Below, piece by piece: positions 1 through 8,065 of a DNA stretch of 39,086 nt (position 1 is its first letter; every line of letters begins with the position of its first letter). The notes under the pieces are model-generated. The model had not been told where the DNA came from. It saw only the letters and a list, made by a program, of their open reading frames with translations, and searched no databases. Source of the stretch: an uncultured Gammaproteobacteria bacterium. GTDB taxonomy: Bacteria > Patescibacteriota > Patescibacteriia > UBA9934 > GWF2-40-263. Made by a program: the position numbers and the translations under genes. The DNA lies in the NCBI GenBank assembly GCA_964573855.1, contig CAZNKO010000003.1:1-39086 (forward strand), read 5' to 3'.

Positions 1-370
1 AGACACTCTGGGGGCTTGTCCGGAGCCACGGCCAGAGTCTGTTCATGGTCCAGTCGCGAAGTCGCTCCTGTCTCTCCGGGTTCTCGATGAGGCCGTAGAC
101 GACAGCGAAGTAGATTCCGGCTCCGATGAGATGAGAGACGGCATCCGACGTATCAAACAACAAGCCCCAGGTGGACATATAGGCCGCACCGACAAAATCG
201 ATAACGCCCACAAGCCCGATGAAGAGGTCTGGAATCTTGCTGGCATCCTTATTCCACCAGAAACGTTTTTGCCACATCTTTGAGAGATTTTTTCGACCCG
301 TTCTTCTCCACCGGAGACTATCCAGGTAGTAGCCCGTGGCGATCCCCCACAAAAACCAGAAAATGCTCAT
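1..370 (-). CDS. hypothetical membrane protein, C-terminal part off the left edge
   Basis: Absent from the ORF track because it has no stop in the window. ATG at 370 (minus) opens a 123-codon stop-free frame to position 2 (MSIFWFLWGIATGYYLDSLRW...GLVGVIDFVGAAYMSTWGLLF...). Purine-rich GGGGGTGAG lies just upstream; the protein is hydrophobic and Trp-rich. Confidence 0.5.
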   Translation of the reverse strand, partial: MSIFWFLWGIATGYYLDSLRWRRTGRKNLSKMWQKRFWWNKDASKIPDLFIGLVGVIDFVGAAYMSTWGLLFDTSDAVSHLIGAGIYFAVVYGLIENPERQERLRDWTMNRLWPWLRTSPQSV

Positions 371-488
371 GACTCACCCCCTTTCAAGGGTAAAAAGGTT
401 TAAAGAACAACGCCTTAGGATAGCCTAAAAAATCAAAATTGTCAAGCCATTCCCGCGATGGTACGCTTGGGGCGATTATCGATGGTAT

Positions 489-1037
489 ATGCCAAGCAGA
501 TCCGGCAACAATTTTGCTTTCATTGATGCCGCAAATCTTCATTTAGGCGTACAAAATCTTGGATGGAAATTAGATTATCGCCGTTTTAGGGTTTGGTTAC
601 GGGAGCGATTTGCCGTCCAAAAAGCTTACATCTTTATTGGTTATCAACCCGTGCAAGCAGATTTATATAGGGCTCTTCAGGAGTTTGGATACATTGTTGA
701 GTTTAAACCAGTTTTACAACTCCCGGATGGGAAGGTGAAGGGGAATTGTGATGCAGAACTCGTTTTGCGGGCTATGATTGATTTGGCAGATTACGAACGC
801 GCGGTCATTATTACCGGTGACGGAGATTTTCATTGTTTAGTAAAATATCTTGATGGAAAGAAAAAACTCGAAACATTAATTGCCCCAAGTCATCAAGGTT
901 GCTCTTCGCTACTCAAGAAATTACTTGGGAAGCGGATTATTTTTTTAGATCATTCGAAAGAGAAACTCGGCTATCGCCTATCCGAAAAGAAAAGGACCCC
1001 GTCGGGACGAAACCCGGCAGGGGACTTTTCATCGTGA
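489..1037 (+). CDS. NYN-domain (LabA/DUF88-like, PIN-fold) protein
   Basis: Motifs FIDAANL near the N-terminus, GNCDAELV, and ITGDGDF are typical of NYN/LabA-like proteins. The gene is clearly AT-richer than its neighbours. Confidence 0.7.
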   Translation: MPSRSGNNFAFIDAANLHLGVQNLGWKLDYRRFRVWLRERFAVQKAYIFIGYQPVQADLYRALQEFGYIVEFKPVLQLPDGKVKGNCDAELVLRAMIDLADYERAVIITGDGDFHCLVKYLDGKKKLETLIAPSHQGCSSLLKKLLGKRIIFLDHSKEKLGYRLSEKKRTPSGRNPAGDFSS

Positions 1038-1089
1038 TACACCAATAATGTAGCAGCTTCCGTTATTCTTGTCAAGTTATTACATAGTT

Positions 1090-4000
1090 ATGGCCTCGCG
1101 TTTTGTCCACCTCCACGTGCACAGCCATTTTTCCCTTCTTGAGGCCTTGCCGAAGGTGAAGGCGCTTATTGGCGCGGCCAAAAAACACGAGATGGACGCG
1201 CTCGCACTCACCGACAACGGTGTGCTGTATGGAGTCATTGATTTTTACGAAAAGGCGCGCGAGGCCGATATAAAACCGATCATTGGCATGGATGCGTATC
1301 TTGCACCCGCCGGCCGCCTGAACAAACGCGCTCGGATTGACGCAAAGCCCAACCGCCTCGTGCTTCTCGCGGAGACCAACGAAGGCTACAAAAATTTGGT
1401 CAAACTTTCCTCCATTGGATTTTTGGAGGGATTTTATTATAAGCCGCGTATCGACAAGGAGGTCCTGCGTCAGTACGCGAAGGGGTTGATCGCGCTCTCC
1501 GGCGGTCATCAAGGCGAAATCGAGACGGCTCTTTCGCACGGGAACGAGGCCGGCGCCGAGAAGCTCATCCAGGAGTATGTCGAGATCTTTGGAAAGGGAA
1601 ATTTCTTTTTGGAACTCGTGGATCGGCCCGAGATTGCGGAGCAGGAGAGTATCAACGCCAAATTGATTGAGCTCGGAGGCCGCCTCGGGGTTCCGGTCGT
1701 CGCGACCAAGAACACATTTTATCTAAAGCCGACAGACATGGAGGCGTGGAAGATTTTGAACTGTATCAAAGGTGGGAAAACGCTTGAGGATTTCGAGCGC
1801 CTGCAGGCCTACGAGTACGACGCTTCGCTCGTGAGCGGCGAGTACATGGAGAACCGGTTCAAGGATGTGCCGGCGGCGATCGAGAATACGCGCAAGATCG
1901 CGGATCGCTGTAACATCACGCTTGAACTCGGGAAGTGGAATTTTGCGGATTACAAAATTCCGGCAGGAAAAACGTTCCGTGATGTGTTGACAGAGAAGGT
2001 GTACGCCGAGCTCCCGAAAAAAGTGCCGGAGACGACGGAGGAGATGCGCCGGCGCGTGGAGTACGAGCTCGCGATCATTGATCAAAAGGGATTCTGCCCC
2101 TACATCCTGATTGTCGCGGATTACATTCAGTGGGCTCGGGACCACGGGATCGTCACAACCACGCGCGGATCCGCGGCCGGATCGCTTGTGAGTTATGCGG
2201 TCGGAATTTCGGACATCAACCCGCTTACCTTTCAGCTCCCATTTGAGCGTTTTTTGAACCCAGAGCGCCCATCCGCGCCGGATATCGACGCGGATTTTGC
2301 GGATAACCGCCGTGACGAGGTGCTTGCGTATGTCACGGAGAAATATGGCCACGACAAAGTGGCGCAGATTTGTACGTTTGGCACCATGATGGCCCGCGGC
2401 AGCGTGCGCGATGTTGGTCGCGGTCTCGGACTGCCGTATGGATTCGTGGACCGGGTCGCAAAGATGATCCCCTTCGGGAGCCAGGGGTTTGCGATGACGC
2501 TCACCCGAGCGCTCCAGGAGACGCCGGAGCTCAAAAAACTCTACGACACCGAAGCTCAGGTGCGCCGCATCATCGAGCTTGCGATGCAGATCGAGGGTTG
2601 CGCCCGTCATGTGTCGATCCACGCGGCGGGCGTCGTGATCGCGCCGACCGCGCTCACGGATTTTACCCCCCTGCAGGTGGATACGCGCGAAGGCAAGGTC
2701 ATTACCCAATACGAAATGAAAACCGTCGAGGCAGCCGGACTCGTGAAAATGGATTTTCTTGGAATCCGCAACCTCTCGATTCTCGGAGACGCCGTGGCAT
2801 TTGTAAAAAAAATTAAAGGGGTCGATATCGACCTCCAGCGCCTTCCGCTTGATGACAAAAAAACGTTCGAACTGCTCGCGAATGGGCACACCATGGGGGT
2901 GTTTCAGCTCGGCGGAGAGGGGATGACGAAATACCTCATGGACCTCAAACCCGAACGCGTGGAAGACATCATGGCCATGGTCGCGCTCTATCGCCCGGGG
3001 CCGATCGAGTCCATCCCGGAGTACATCAAACGTAAACACAATGCATCCCTCATTCGCTATCTCGATCCGCGCATGAAGGACATTCTCGACAAATCCTACG
3101 GCGTCATCGTGTACCAAGATGACGTCATGCTGATTGCCATCAAACTCGGCGGGTATTCGTGGCTCGAGGCGGACAAACTCCGCAAGGCCATGGGAAAGAA
3201 AATTCCCGCGGAGATGGCAAAGCAAAAGGAGAAGCTGCTCTACGGGTTCGTCCAGCACGGGCTCTCGGATGTGCAGGCCCACGAGCTTTGGAAGCTCATC
3301 GAACCGTTCGCGGCCTATGGCTTCAACAAGGCGCATGCGGCCTCCTATGGCATGGTGGCCTATCAGACGGCATACCTGAAGGCGAATTTTCCGGCCGAAT
3401 ATATGACGGCTCTCATGACGGCCGAGTCCGCGGATTTGGAAAAGATTGCGGAGGCCGTGACCGAGTGCAAGCGCATCGAGATCAATGTTCTCCCGCCGGA
3501 CATCAATGAGTCGCTCGCGAACTTCACCTACATCAACGATCACACGATCCGTTTCGGACTGATTGCGATCAAAAATCTTGGGGAGGAAGTGATCAACTCC
3601 ATTATCGAAGAACGCCGTGTACGCGGACCGTTTCAGGATTTGGCCGATTTCGCGCATCGCGTCACGCACCGGGCTTTTAACAAAAAGGCGCTGGAGTCGC
3701 TCATAAAATCTGGGGCGCTCGACCGCTTCGGCGAACGCAAACAACTCCTCGAAAACATGGAGCGCATCCTCCTGTACAATAAGCATGCCGAGCGCGAGCG
3801 GGAACAGAACCAAAAGACGTTATTCGAACTCTCACCCGGGGTCATGCAGGAGAAACTCGCGCTCAACCCCTCTCCTCCGGCCGATATGCGCGAGCTTCTT
3901 GCGTGGGAAAAAGAATTGCTTGGGCTCTATGTGTCCGCGAATCCTTATCTCAAAGTGGCGGAAAAATTGAAGGCGCACCTGACACCATGTGCGAAGGTCG

Positions 4001-4644
4001 CAACGTGCGCGGAGGGCGCGTTCGTGCGCTGCGGCGGACTCATTGCTTCGGTCAAAACCATCACCACGAAAAAAGGAGAGATGATGGCGTTCGTCGGGCT
4101 CGACGACACGATCGGAAAAGTGGAGGTGATCGTGTTCCCGCGGGCGTTTGCCGATTACAAGGACCTGCTCGTGCCGGACCAGATTGTGTTTGTTTCCGCC
4201 AAGGTGTCGAAGCGGGAAGGAGAGGAGGCAAAGCTGCTTGCGAATAGCGTTATCGCGGTGGAGGAAGACGAACTCGACGAGCTGGAGGCAATGCTGCGGG
4301 AAGGGAGATGGGTGGCGGGAGAACAAGTGGAACGTGGAACGTGGAACGGAGAACGTTCAGAGGGCACAGACGATCCACGATCCACGATCCACGATCCACC
4401 CTCCGGCATTTCCATTGCCCTCCGCGGCCGTCCGTCGCCCGAGACCATCGAACAGCTTCGCGAACTCTTCCAGACGCATCCGGGCTCCGAGCGCGTCTGT
4501 TTCCTCGTGGAATCCGGCGGCCGCTTGCGCCGAGTCGAAACCGATTATACGATTACGTCTTCCCCCAGAATCATTGATGACCTTGCTGCGATCGTCGGCC
4601 GACAAAATGTTATGCTTCTAACGGGGTATGATAGGGGCCGCTGA
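1090..4644 (+). CDS. dnaE: DNA polymerase III alpha subunit
   Basis: PHP-domain start MASRFVHLHVHSHFSLLEA, polymerase core (GFCPYILIVADY, PDIDADF, KMDFLGIRNLS, YRPGP), and OB fold near the C-terminus. I prefer ATG 1090 over the track's TTG 1069. Confidence 0.95.
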   Translation: MASRFVHLHVHSHFSLLEALPKVKALIGAAKKHEMDALALTDNGVLYGVIDFYEKAREADIKPIIGMDAYLAPAGRLNKRARIDAKPNRLVLLAETNEGYKNLVKLSSIGFLEGFYYKPRIDKEVLRQYAKGLIALSGGHQGEIETALSHGNEAGAEKLIQEYVEIFGKGNFFLELVDRPEIAEQESINAKLIELGGRLGVPVVATKNTFYLKPTDMEAWKILNCIKGGKTLEDFERLQAYEYDASLVSGEYMENRFKDVPAAIENTRKIADRCNITLELGKWNFADYKIPAGKTFRDVLTEKVYAELPKKVPETTEEMRRRVEYELAIIDQKGFCPYILIVADYIQWARDHGIVTTTRGSAAGSLVSYAVGISDINPLTFQLPFERFLNPERPSAPDIDADFADNRRDEVLAYVTEKYGHDKVAQICTFGTMMARGSVRDVGRGLGLPYGFVDRVAKMIPFGSQGFAMTLTRALQETPELKKLYDTEAQVRRIIELAMQIEGCARHVSIHAAGVVIAPTALTDFTPLQVDTREGKVITQYEMKTVEAAGLVKMDFLGIRNLSILGDAVAFVKKIKGVDIDLQRLPLDDKKTFELLANGHTMGVFQLGGEGMTKYLMDLKPERVEDIMAMVALYRPGPIESIPEYIKRKHNASLIRYLDPRMKDILDKSYGVIVYQDDVMLIAIKLGGYSWLEADKLRKAMGKKIPAEMAKQKEKLLYGFVQHGLSDVQAHELWKLIEPFAAYGFNKAHAASYGMVAYQTAYLKANFPAEYMTALMTAESADLEKIAEAVTECKRIEINVLPPDINESLANFTYINDHTIRFGLIAIKNLGEEVINSIIEERRVRGPFQDLADFAHRVTHRAFNKKALESLIKSGALDRFGERKQLLENMERILLYNKHAEREREQNQKTLFELSPGVMQEKLALNPSPPADMRELLAWEKELLGLYVSANPYLKVAEKLKAHLTPCAKVATCAEGAFVRCGGLIASVKTITTKKGEMMAFVGLDDTIGKVEVIVFPRAFADYKDLLVPDQIVFVSAKVSKREGEEAKLLANSVIAVEEDELDELEAMLREGRWVAGEQVERGTWNGERSEGTDDPRSTIHDPPSGISIALRGRPSPETIEQLRELFQTHPGSERVCFLVESGGRLRRVETDYTITSSPRIIDDLAAIVGRQNVMLLTGYDRGR
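4327..4398. repeat. heptamer tandem repeats inside dnaE: (GTGGAAC)x3 plus a variant, then (CGATCCA)x4
   Basis: GTGGAAC at 4327, 4334 and 4341, with GGAGAAC at 4348. CGATCCA at 4371, 4378, 4385 and 4392. The reverse complement of CGATCCA (TGGATCG) differs from TGGAACG at one base, so the two blocks are an imperfect inverted repeat. Confidence 0.85.
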
Positions 4645-4657
4645 ACCGCGATAATGT

Positions 4658-6256
4658 ATGTCAAGAATGCGTGGAGAACGACGAGAGATGCCGCCAGAAG
4701 AACGGTTCGAGGCCGCGCGCCATGCGGCGCTCGAGCTGTTTCAACGTGCGACGAAAGCGGAGGCAAAGGCGCGATTCGATGGTCTCACCGGCCTTCGGCG
4801 AAACCACATTCTTGAAGGGGATTTGAAGTACGAATTCGAGAAACGCCGGGATCCGGCCTATCAGCGAGGGGCGATGTCAGGATTTTACGCGGACATTGAT
4901 CATTTCAAAATTTTCAACGACCAATACGGCCATGAGACGGGGGACGAAGTTCTTGCTTCGACGGGTCGGATCCTCCGGGAGGAGATCGAGCGCGCAGTGA
5001 AAGAAGGGAAAGTCGCGAAAGGAGCGTACGCCGCGCGCCGATACGACCGCGGCGAGGAACTGGTCGGGATTTTCCCAGGAACGGAGGCCGCACGCGTCCG
5101 GGGTGTTATTGAAAAAATTCGTCAGCGGCTTTCAGAGCTTGTCGTGTCCGCCGGAGGCGGATCCGCCTCTGGCGGAAAAGATATGGGTCGTCGGGTTAAA
5201 GAGGCCGTTACTATGAGCATCGGGCTCGCGGAGGTGGGGGACGACGATACACTGGATCGATTTCTTGGGAAGATCGAGCGGGCCGCGAAGTACGCAAAAG
5301 AAGAGCTTGGCCGGAATGCCGTGGCAGATTTTTCCGAAAAGATTGACGCGTGGGCAGAAGGAAAAGTGGAACCGCCCCGCGAGGCCGGTTTTGATCCGGA
5401 AGCGATCATGGAGGAAACGGAACGTGAAGAGGAGGCCCTCCCCGTGTTCCGCTCTGATGAGGAGCCGCCCGCGTCGATCCGGAACGCGATTACGGCCATT
5501 CGGGAACAGGCGTTTTATCCGTCATTTCCAGATCCGGACGCGTTTCTCGCCATGTTGAAGAAGCCGACGGATGGGGAAAAGATGGAGGCGCTCCTTTTTT
5601 ACCAACGGATCGTCGAGGAACGCGCGAAGCATTTGGAGCGGTTAAGTTCCGAGGATGCCTTGACCGGGGTGGAGAACCGATCAACGCTCATGGATCGCCT
5701 GGAGCAGGAGCTCCAGATTGCACAACAAGAGCGCCGCGAGAAGAAAGAAGGGGAGCCGCGCGAGGTGAGCGTTCTCTTGGTAGATCTTGATTTTTTCAAG
5801 AAAGTGAATGATACGTACGGAAACAAAATTGCCGACGGCGTTCTTCGAGACGCGGGCAAGATTCTCCGGGACTTTACGAAGGAGAATAAGGATATCATCG
5901 CGTCCACCGGCCGCTCGGGTGGTGAAGAGTTTGTGGTCATTTTGCCTGCCACAAAGAAATCCGACGCCATGAAGGTCGCAGAACGTTTGCGATCCGAGTT
6001 TGAGGGAACGAAGATGGACCTTCCAGGTGGGCGCGAACATCGCCAGACGCTTTCGGTCGGGGTGGCCTCCACCTCTGACTTTGACCCGGACGAGCCTCTC
6101 TCCGTGAACGCTTTGCTCCAAAAAGCGGACATGAGCGTGTATCGCTCCAAAGCGGACGGGCGCAATCGCGCGACCGCCTACAGCCCCGAGGTCCAAAGGT
6201 GGTATGAGGAGGAGCAGGAGAAGCGGCGGAAGAAAACCGTGGTGCTCCTCCGGTAG
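4658..6256 (+). CDS. tandem GGDEF-domain protein (N-terminal degenerate, C-terminal canonical diguanylate cyclase)
   Basis: Domain 1: DGLTGLRRN ... DIDHFKIFNDQYGHETGD ... RGEEL in place of GGEEF. Domain 2: DALTGVENR ... DLDFFKKVNDTYGN ... GGEEFVVILP ... ADMSVYRSKADGRNR. Confidence 0.85.
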   Translation: MSRMRGERREMPPEERFEAARHAALELFQRATKAEAKARFDGLTGLRRNHILEGDLKYEFEKRRDPAYQRGAMSGFYADIDHFKIFNDQYGHETGDEVLASTGRILREEIERAVKEGKVAKGAYAARRYDRGEELVGIFPGTEAARVRGVIEKIRQRLSELVVSAGGGSASGGKDMGRRVKEAVTMSIGLAEVGDDDTLDRFLGKIERAAKYAKEELGRNAVADFSEKIDAWAEGKVEPPREAGFDPEAIMEETEREEEALPVFRSDEEPPASIRNAITAIREQAFYPSFPDPDAFLAMLKKPTDGEKMEALLFYQRIVEERAKHLERLSSEDALTGVENRSTLMDRLEQELQIAQQERREKKEGEPREVSVLLVDLDFFKKVNDTYGNKIADGVLRDAGKILRDFTKENKDIIASTGRSGGEEFVVILPATKKSDAMKVAERLRSEFEGTKMDLPGGREHRQTLSVGVASTSDFDPDEPLSVNALLQKADMSVYRSKADGRNRATAYSPEVQRWYEEEQEKRRKKTVVLLR

Positions 6257-6260
6257 GGGC

Positions 6261-6289
6261 TTGACAAGGGAAAAGGATTTAGGTAGGGT
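6261..6289 (+). promoter_or_regulatory. sigma70-like promoter TTGACA-N17-TAGGGT
   Basis: TTGACA at 6261-6266, a 17-nt spacer, TAGGGT at 6284-6289. It lies upstream of an AAAGGAGG SD and the small ORF at 6318. Confidence 0.4.
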
Positions 6290-6317
6290 TCCTCGTCGTT
6301 CCCAAAGGAGGATGGAC

Positions 6318-6530
6318 ATGACACAGATCGTTGTCGCAGAACAGAACCTTCTGGTCCGCGATGCTCGCACGAGGAGACTTCTCGCAAGGATTCGGCCCGG
6401 GACGAAGGGCCGCGTCCTCGCGAAGAACGGCTTCCGTTTCCTGGTCGATTGGGAGGGGCACGGCGTCCAAGAGTTCGAGCACGATCCGGACTCGTTCGCC
6501 CTGAGGGAGGAGTTCTCGAGCGGTTCCTGA
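6318..6530 (+). CDS. small hypothetical protein (70 aa)
   Basis: AAAGGAGG (6304-6311) lies 6 nt before ATG 6318. Protein MTQIVVAEQNLLVRDARTRRLLARIRPGTKGRVLAKNGFRFLVDWEGHGVQEF...; promoter-like box upstream. Confidence 0.55.
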   Translation: MTQIVVAEQNLLVRDARTRRLLARIRPGTKGRVLAKNGFRFLVDWEGHGVQEFEHDPDSFALREEFSSGS

Positions 6531-6541
6531 ACACAGGAGTC

Positions 6542-6649
6542 GCTTTTTCTTTCACCACAATTCACCAAACAAAAACAAAGAATCCGCCCCAGCCAGAGGC
6601 TGGTCCGCCTTTGGCGGAAAAGTCTGAAGCGACGGCGGGTCTTTTTCCC
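6542..6649 (+). repeat. 108-nt structured repeat, copy A (sense with flanking genes)
   Basis: About 96% identical (4 mismatches) to the reverse complement of 35528-35635. Contains hairpins CCAGCC-AGA-GGCTGG and CCGCC-TTT-GGCGG enclosed by ATCCGCC/GGCGGGT, followed by CTTTTT. Confidence 0.85.
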
Positions 6650-6698
6650 AAAATACGTGCCATTTGCTATACTGGGGGCAATTAACCAGGAGGATTTC

Positions 6699-7907
6699 AT
6701 GCCCCCCAAAAAGATTCCGGCGAGAAAAGTGCCGGTGCGCACCCCGCCTCCCGAGCCGGAAACCCTGCCCGAGGAAGCCATGGAGGTGGCGGCCCGCCCG
6801 CCGACGACCCTCTATCGCCGCATTGCGGTGAGTTTCGTCGTGCTGGTCGCGCTCATTTTGCTCGCGGTCTTGTACGTCTCCACCGTCCAGGCCACCATCC
6901 GCGTGAAGCCCGTGTCAGAGGTGGTGAAGGCCGAGCTCCTCCTCGATGTGGTGGAGATTCCGACCCAGCCGAATGAAGTGCGCGGCCGTGTGGTGTCCGG
7001 CACGCTCGGGAAGAGTGAGACGTTCAAGCCGAGCGGCGAGGGAACGAAACAAGCTGAAGGAACCGCACGCGGAACCGTCACGATCAAGAACACATCCGGG
7101 AGCGCCCAGGCGCTTGTCGTGAACACGCGGCTCCTTTCAAAAGAAGGCGTGCTGTTCCGTCTGGATGCGGATGTGAGCGTGCCGGCGAATGGAAGTGTTC
7201 AGGCAAAGGTGCATGCGGACAAACCTGGAGTTGCGGGCGATAGTGGTCCGACCACGTTTACAATTCCGGGTTTGAATGAGGCGAAACAAAAGCAGGTGTT
7301 TGCGGAAAGCACGGAGGCGTTTTCCGGCGGGGTTCGGAGCATCAAAGTCATCAGTCAAGCGGATATTGACGGGGCTGCCGCGACATTGAAAGCTGCGCTC
7401 GAGGGCGAGGCCAAAGAGATGTTGCGAGAGACCGTGAGCAATCTCTACAGCGGCGAGGCCTTTGGAACCGAAGTAGTTGAGGTAACCCCAAGCGTGGAGC
7501 CGGGCGTCGAAGCCGACGAGTTTTCCGTGGAGATGTCCGTGAAGGTCACCGGCGTCTTCTTTGACCGTAAGACGGTCGAGGATCTCGCGGTTGCCCGGCT
7601 TTACCAGTCTCTTGGCGCCGGCCGCCGGTTTGCGGGCATCAACACCCAAAGTCTGCAGGCCTCCATTGATAAAGCGGATCTCGAGGGAGAACAGGCGAGC
7701 ATCAACGTGTATCTTGATGGCCGCGCCGTGCCCTCGGCCGCGAGCGCGGCCCTCGATCCGGGCCGGTTTGTCGGGAAATCACCAGCGGAAGTGAAGAGTA
7801 TGCTCGTCCTCGAAGGGGTGGCGCTCGACGTTCAAGTGGATCTCTCGCCCTTTTGGGTGCGCAAGGTGCCGCGCCTCAAGGATCATATTTACGTGGAGAT
7901 TGAGTAA
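6699..7907 (+). CDS. hypothetical single-pass membrane protein
   Basis: AGGAGG lies 6 nt before ATG 6699. A Pro-rich N-terminus is followed by the TM helix IAVSFVVLVALILLAVLYV and a large extracytoplasmic domain. I recognised no family. Confidence 0.75.
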   Translation: MPPKKIPARKVPVRTPPPEPETLPEEAMEVAARPPTTLYRRIAVSFVVLVALILLAVLYVSTVQATIRVKPVSEVVKAELLLDVVEIPTQPNEVRGRVVSGTLGKSETFKPSGEGTKQAEGTARGTVTIKNTSGSAQALVVNTRLLSKEGVLFRLDADVSVPANGSVQAKVHADKPGVAGDSGPTTFTIPGLNEAKQKQVFAESTEAFSGGVRSIKVISQADIDGAAATLKAALEGEAKEMLRETVSNLYSGEAFGTEVVEVTPSVEPGVEADEFSVEMSVKVTGVFFDRKTVEDLAVARLYQSLGAGRRFAGINTQSLQASIDKADLEGEQASINVYLDGRAVPSAASAALDPGRFVGKSPAEVKSMLVLEGVALDVQVDLSPFWVRKVPRLKDHIYVEIE

Positions 7908-7923
7908 CGTTCCTCCCCTGCAC

Positions 7924-7972
7924 CGGTAACCCCCTGTAGTCCCCCCCTGTAGTCCCCCTTGAAAAGGGGGAC
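7924..7972. repeat. C-rich hairpin module (terminator-like), copy with internal 13-nt duplication
   Basis: CGGTAACCCCCTGTAGTCCCC[CCCTGTAGTCCCC]CTTGAAAAGGGGGAC. Apart from the 13-nt tandem duplication it is the reverse complement of 20667-20702. The perfect hairpin GTCCCCCTT-GAA-AAGGGGGAC is at 7952-7972. Confidence 0.8.
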
Positions 7973-7979
7973 GATTTGT

Positions 7980-8008
7980 TTGACGATCAGTCGTCCGTCC
8001 ATTATGCT
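7980..8008 (+). promoter_or_regulatory. putative thrS promoter TTGACG-N17-TATGCT
   Basis: TTGACG at 7980-7985, a 17-nt spacer, TATGCT at 8003-8008, about 57 nt upstream of the thrS ATG. Confidence 0.45.
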
Positions 8009-8033
8009 ACATGGCGTTATTCTCGCTCTATTT

Positions 8034-8056
8034 TCTAGATTCTAGCTTCTAGATTC
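8034..8056. repeat. TCTAGA-based short tandem/palindromic repeat in the thrS 5' leader
   Basis: The sequence is TCTAGATTCTAGCTTCTAGATTC and ends 9 nt before the thrS ATG. Confidence 0.7.
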
Positions 8057-8065
8057 TTTCTGACT

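Noticed and set aside
1723-3813. Long ORFs antisense to or overlapping real genes: 1723-3813(-), 5681-6781(-), 12162-12839(-), 12873-13640(-), 22247-23278(+), 25338-26387(+), 27776-29239(+), 30648-31586(-), 32477-33871(-).
   Set aside because: These are typical shadow frames of GC-rich coding DNA. Their composition is Arg/Gly/Pro/His-rich and low-complexity. They carry no motifs, no RBS or promoter context, and each lies opposite a confidently identified gene.
7908-8065. A T-box or other riboswitch leader upstream of thrS, and an M-box upstream of the MgtE-type gene (26659-26765).
   Set aside because: The thrS spacer is only ~158 nt, and about half of it is a terminator module and promoter. 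I could not find a T-box (AANNNGGTGGNACCGCG-like) sequence. The MgtE gene has a -10 box 6 nt from its ATG, leaving no leader for an M-box.
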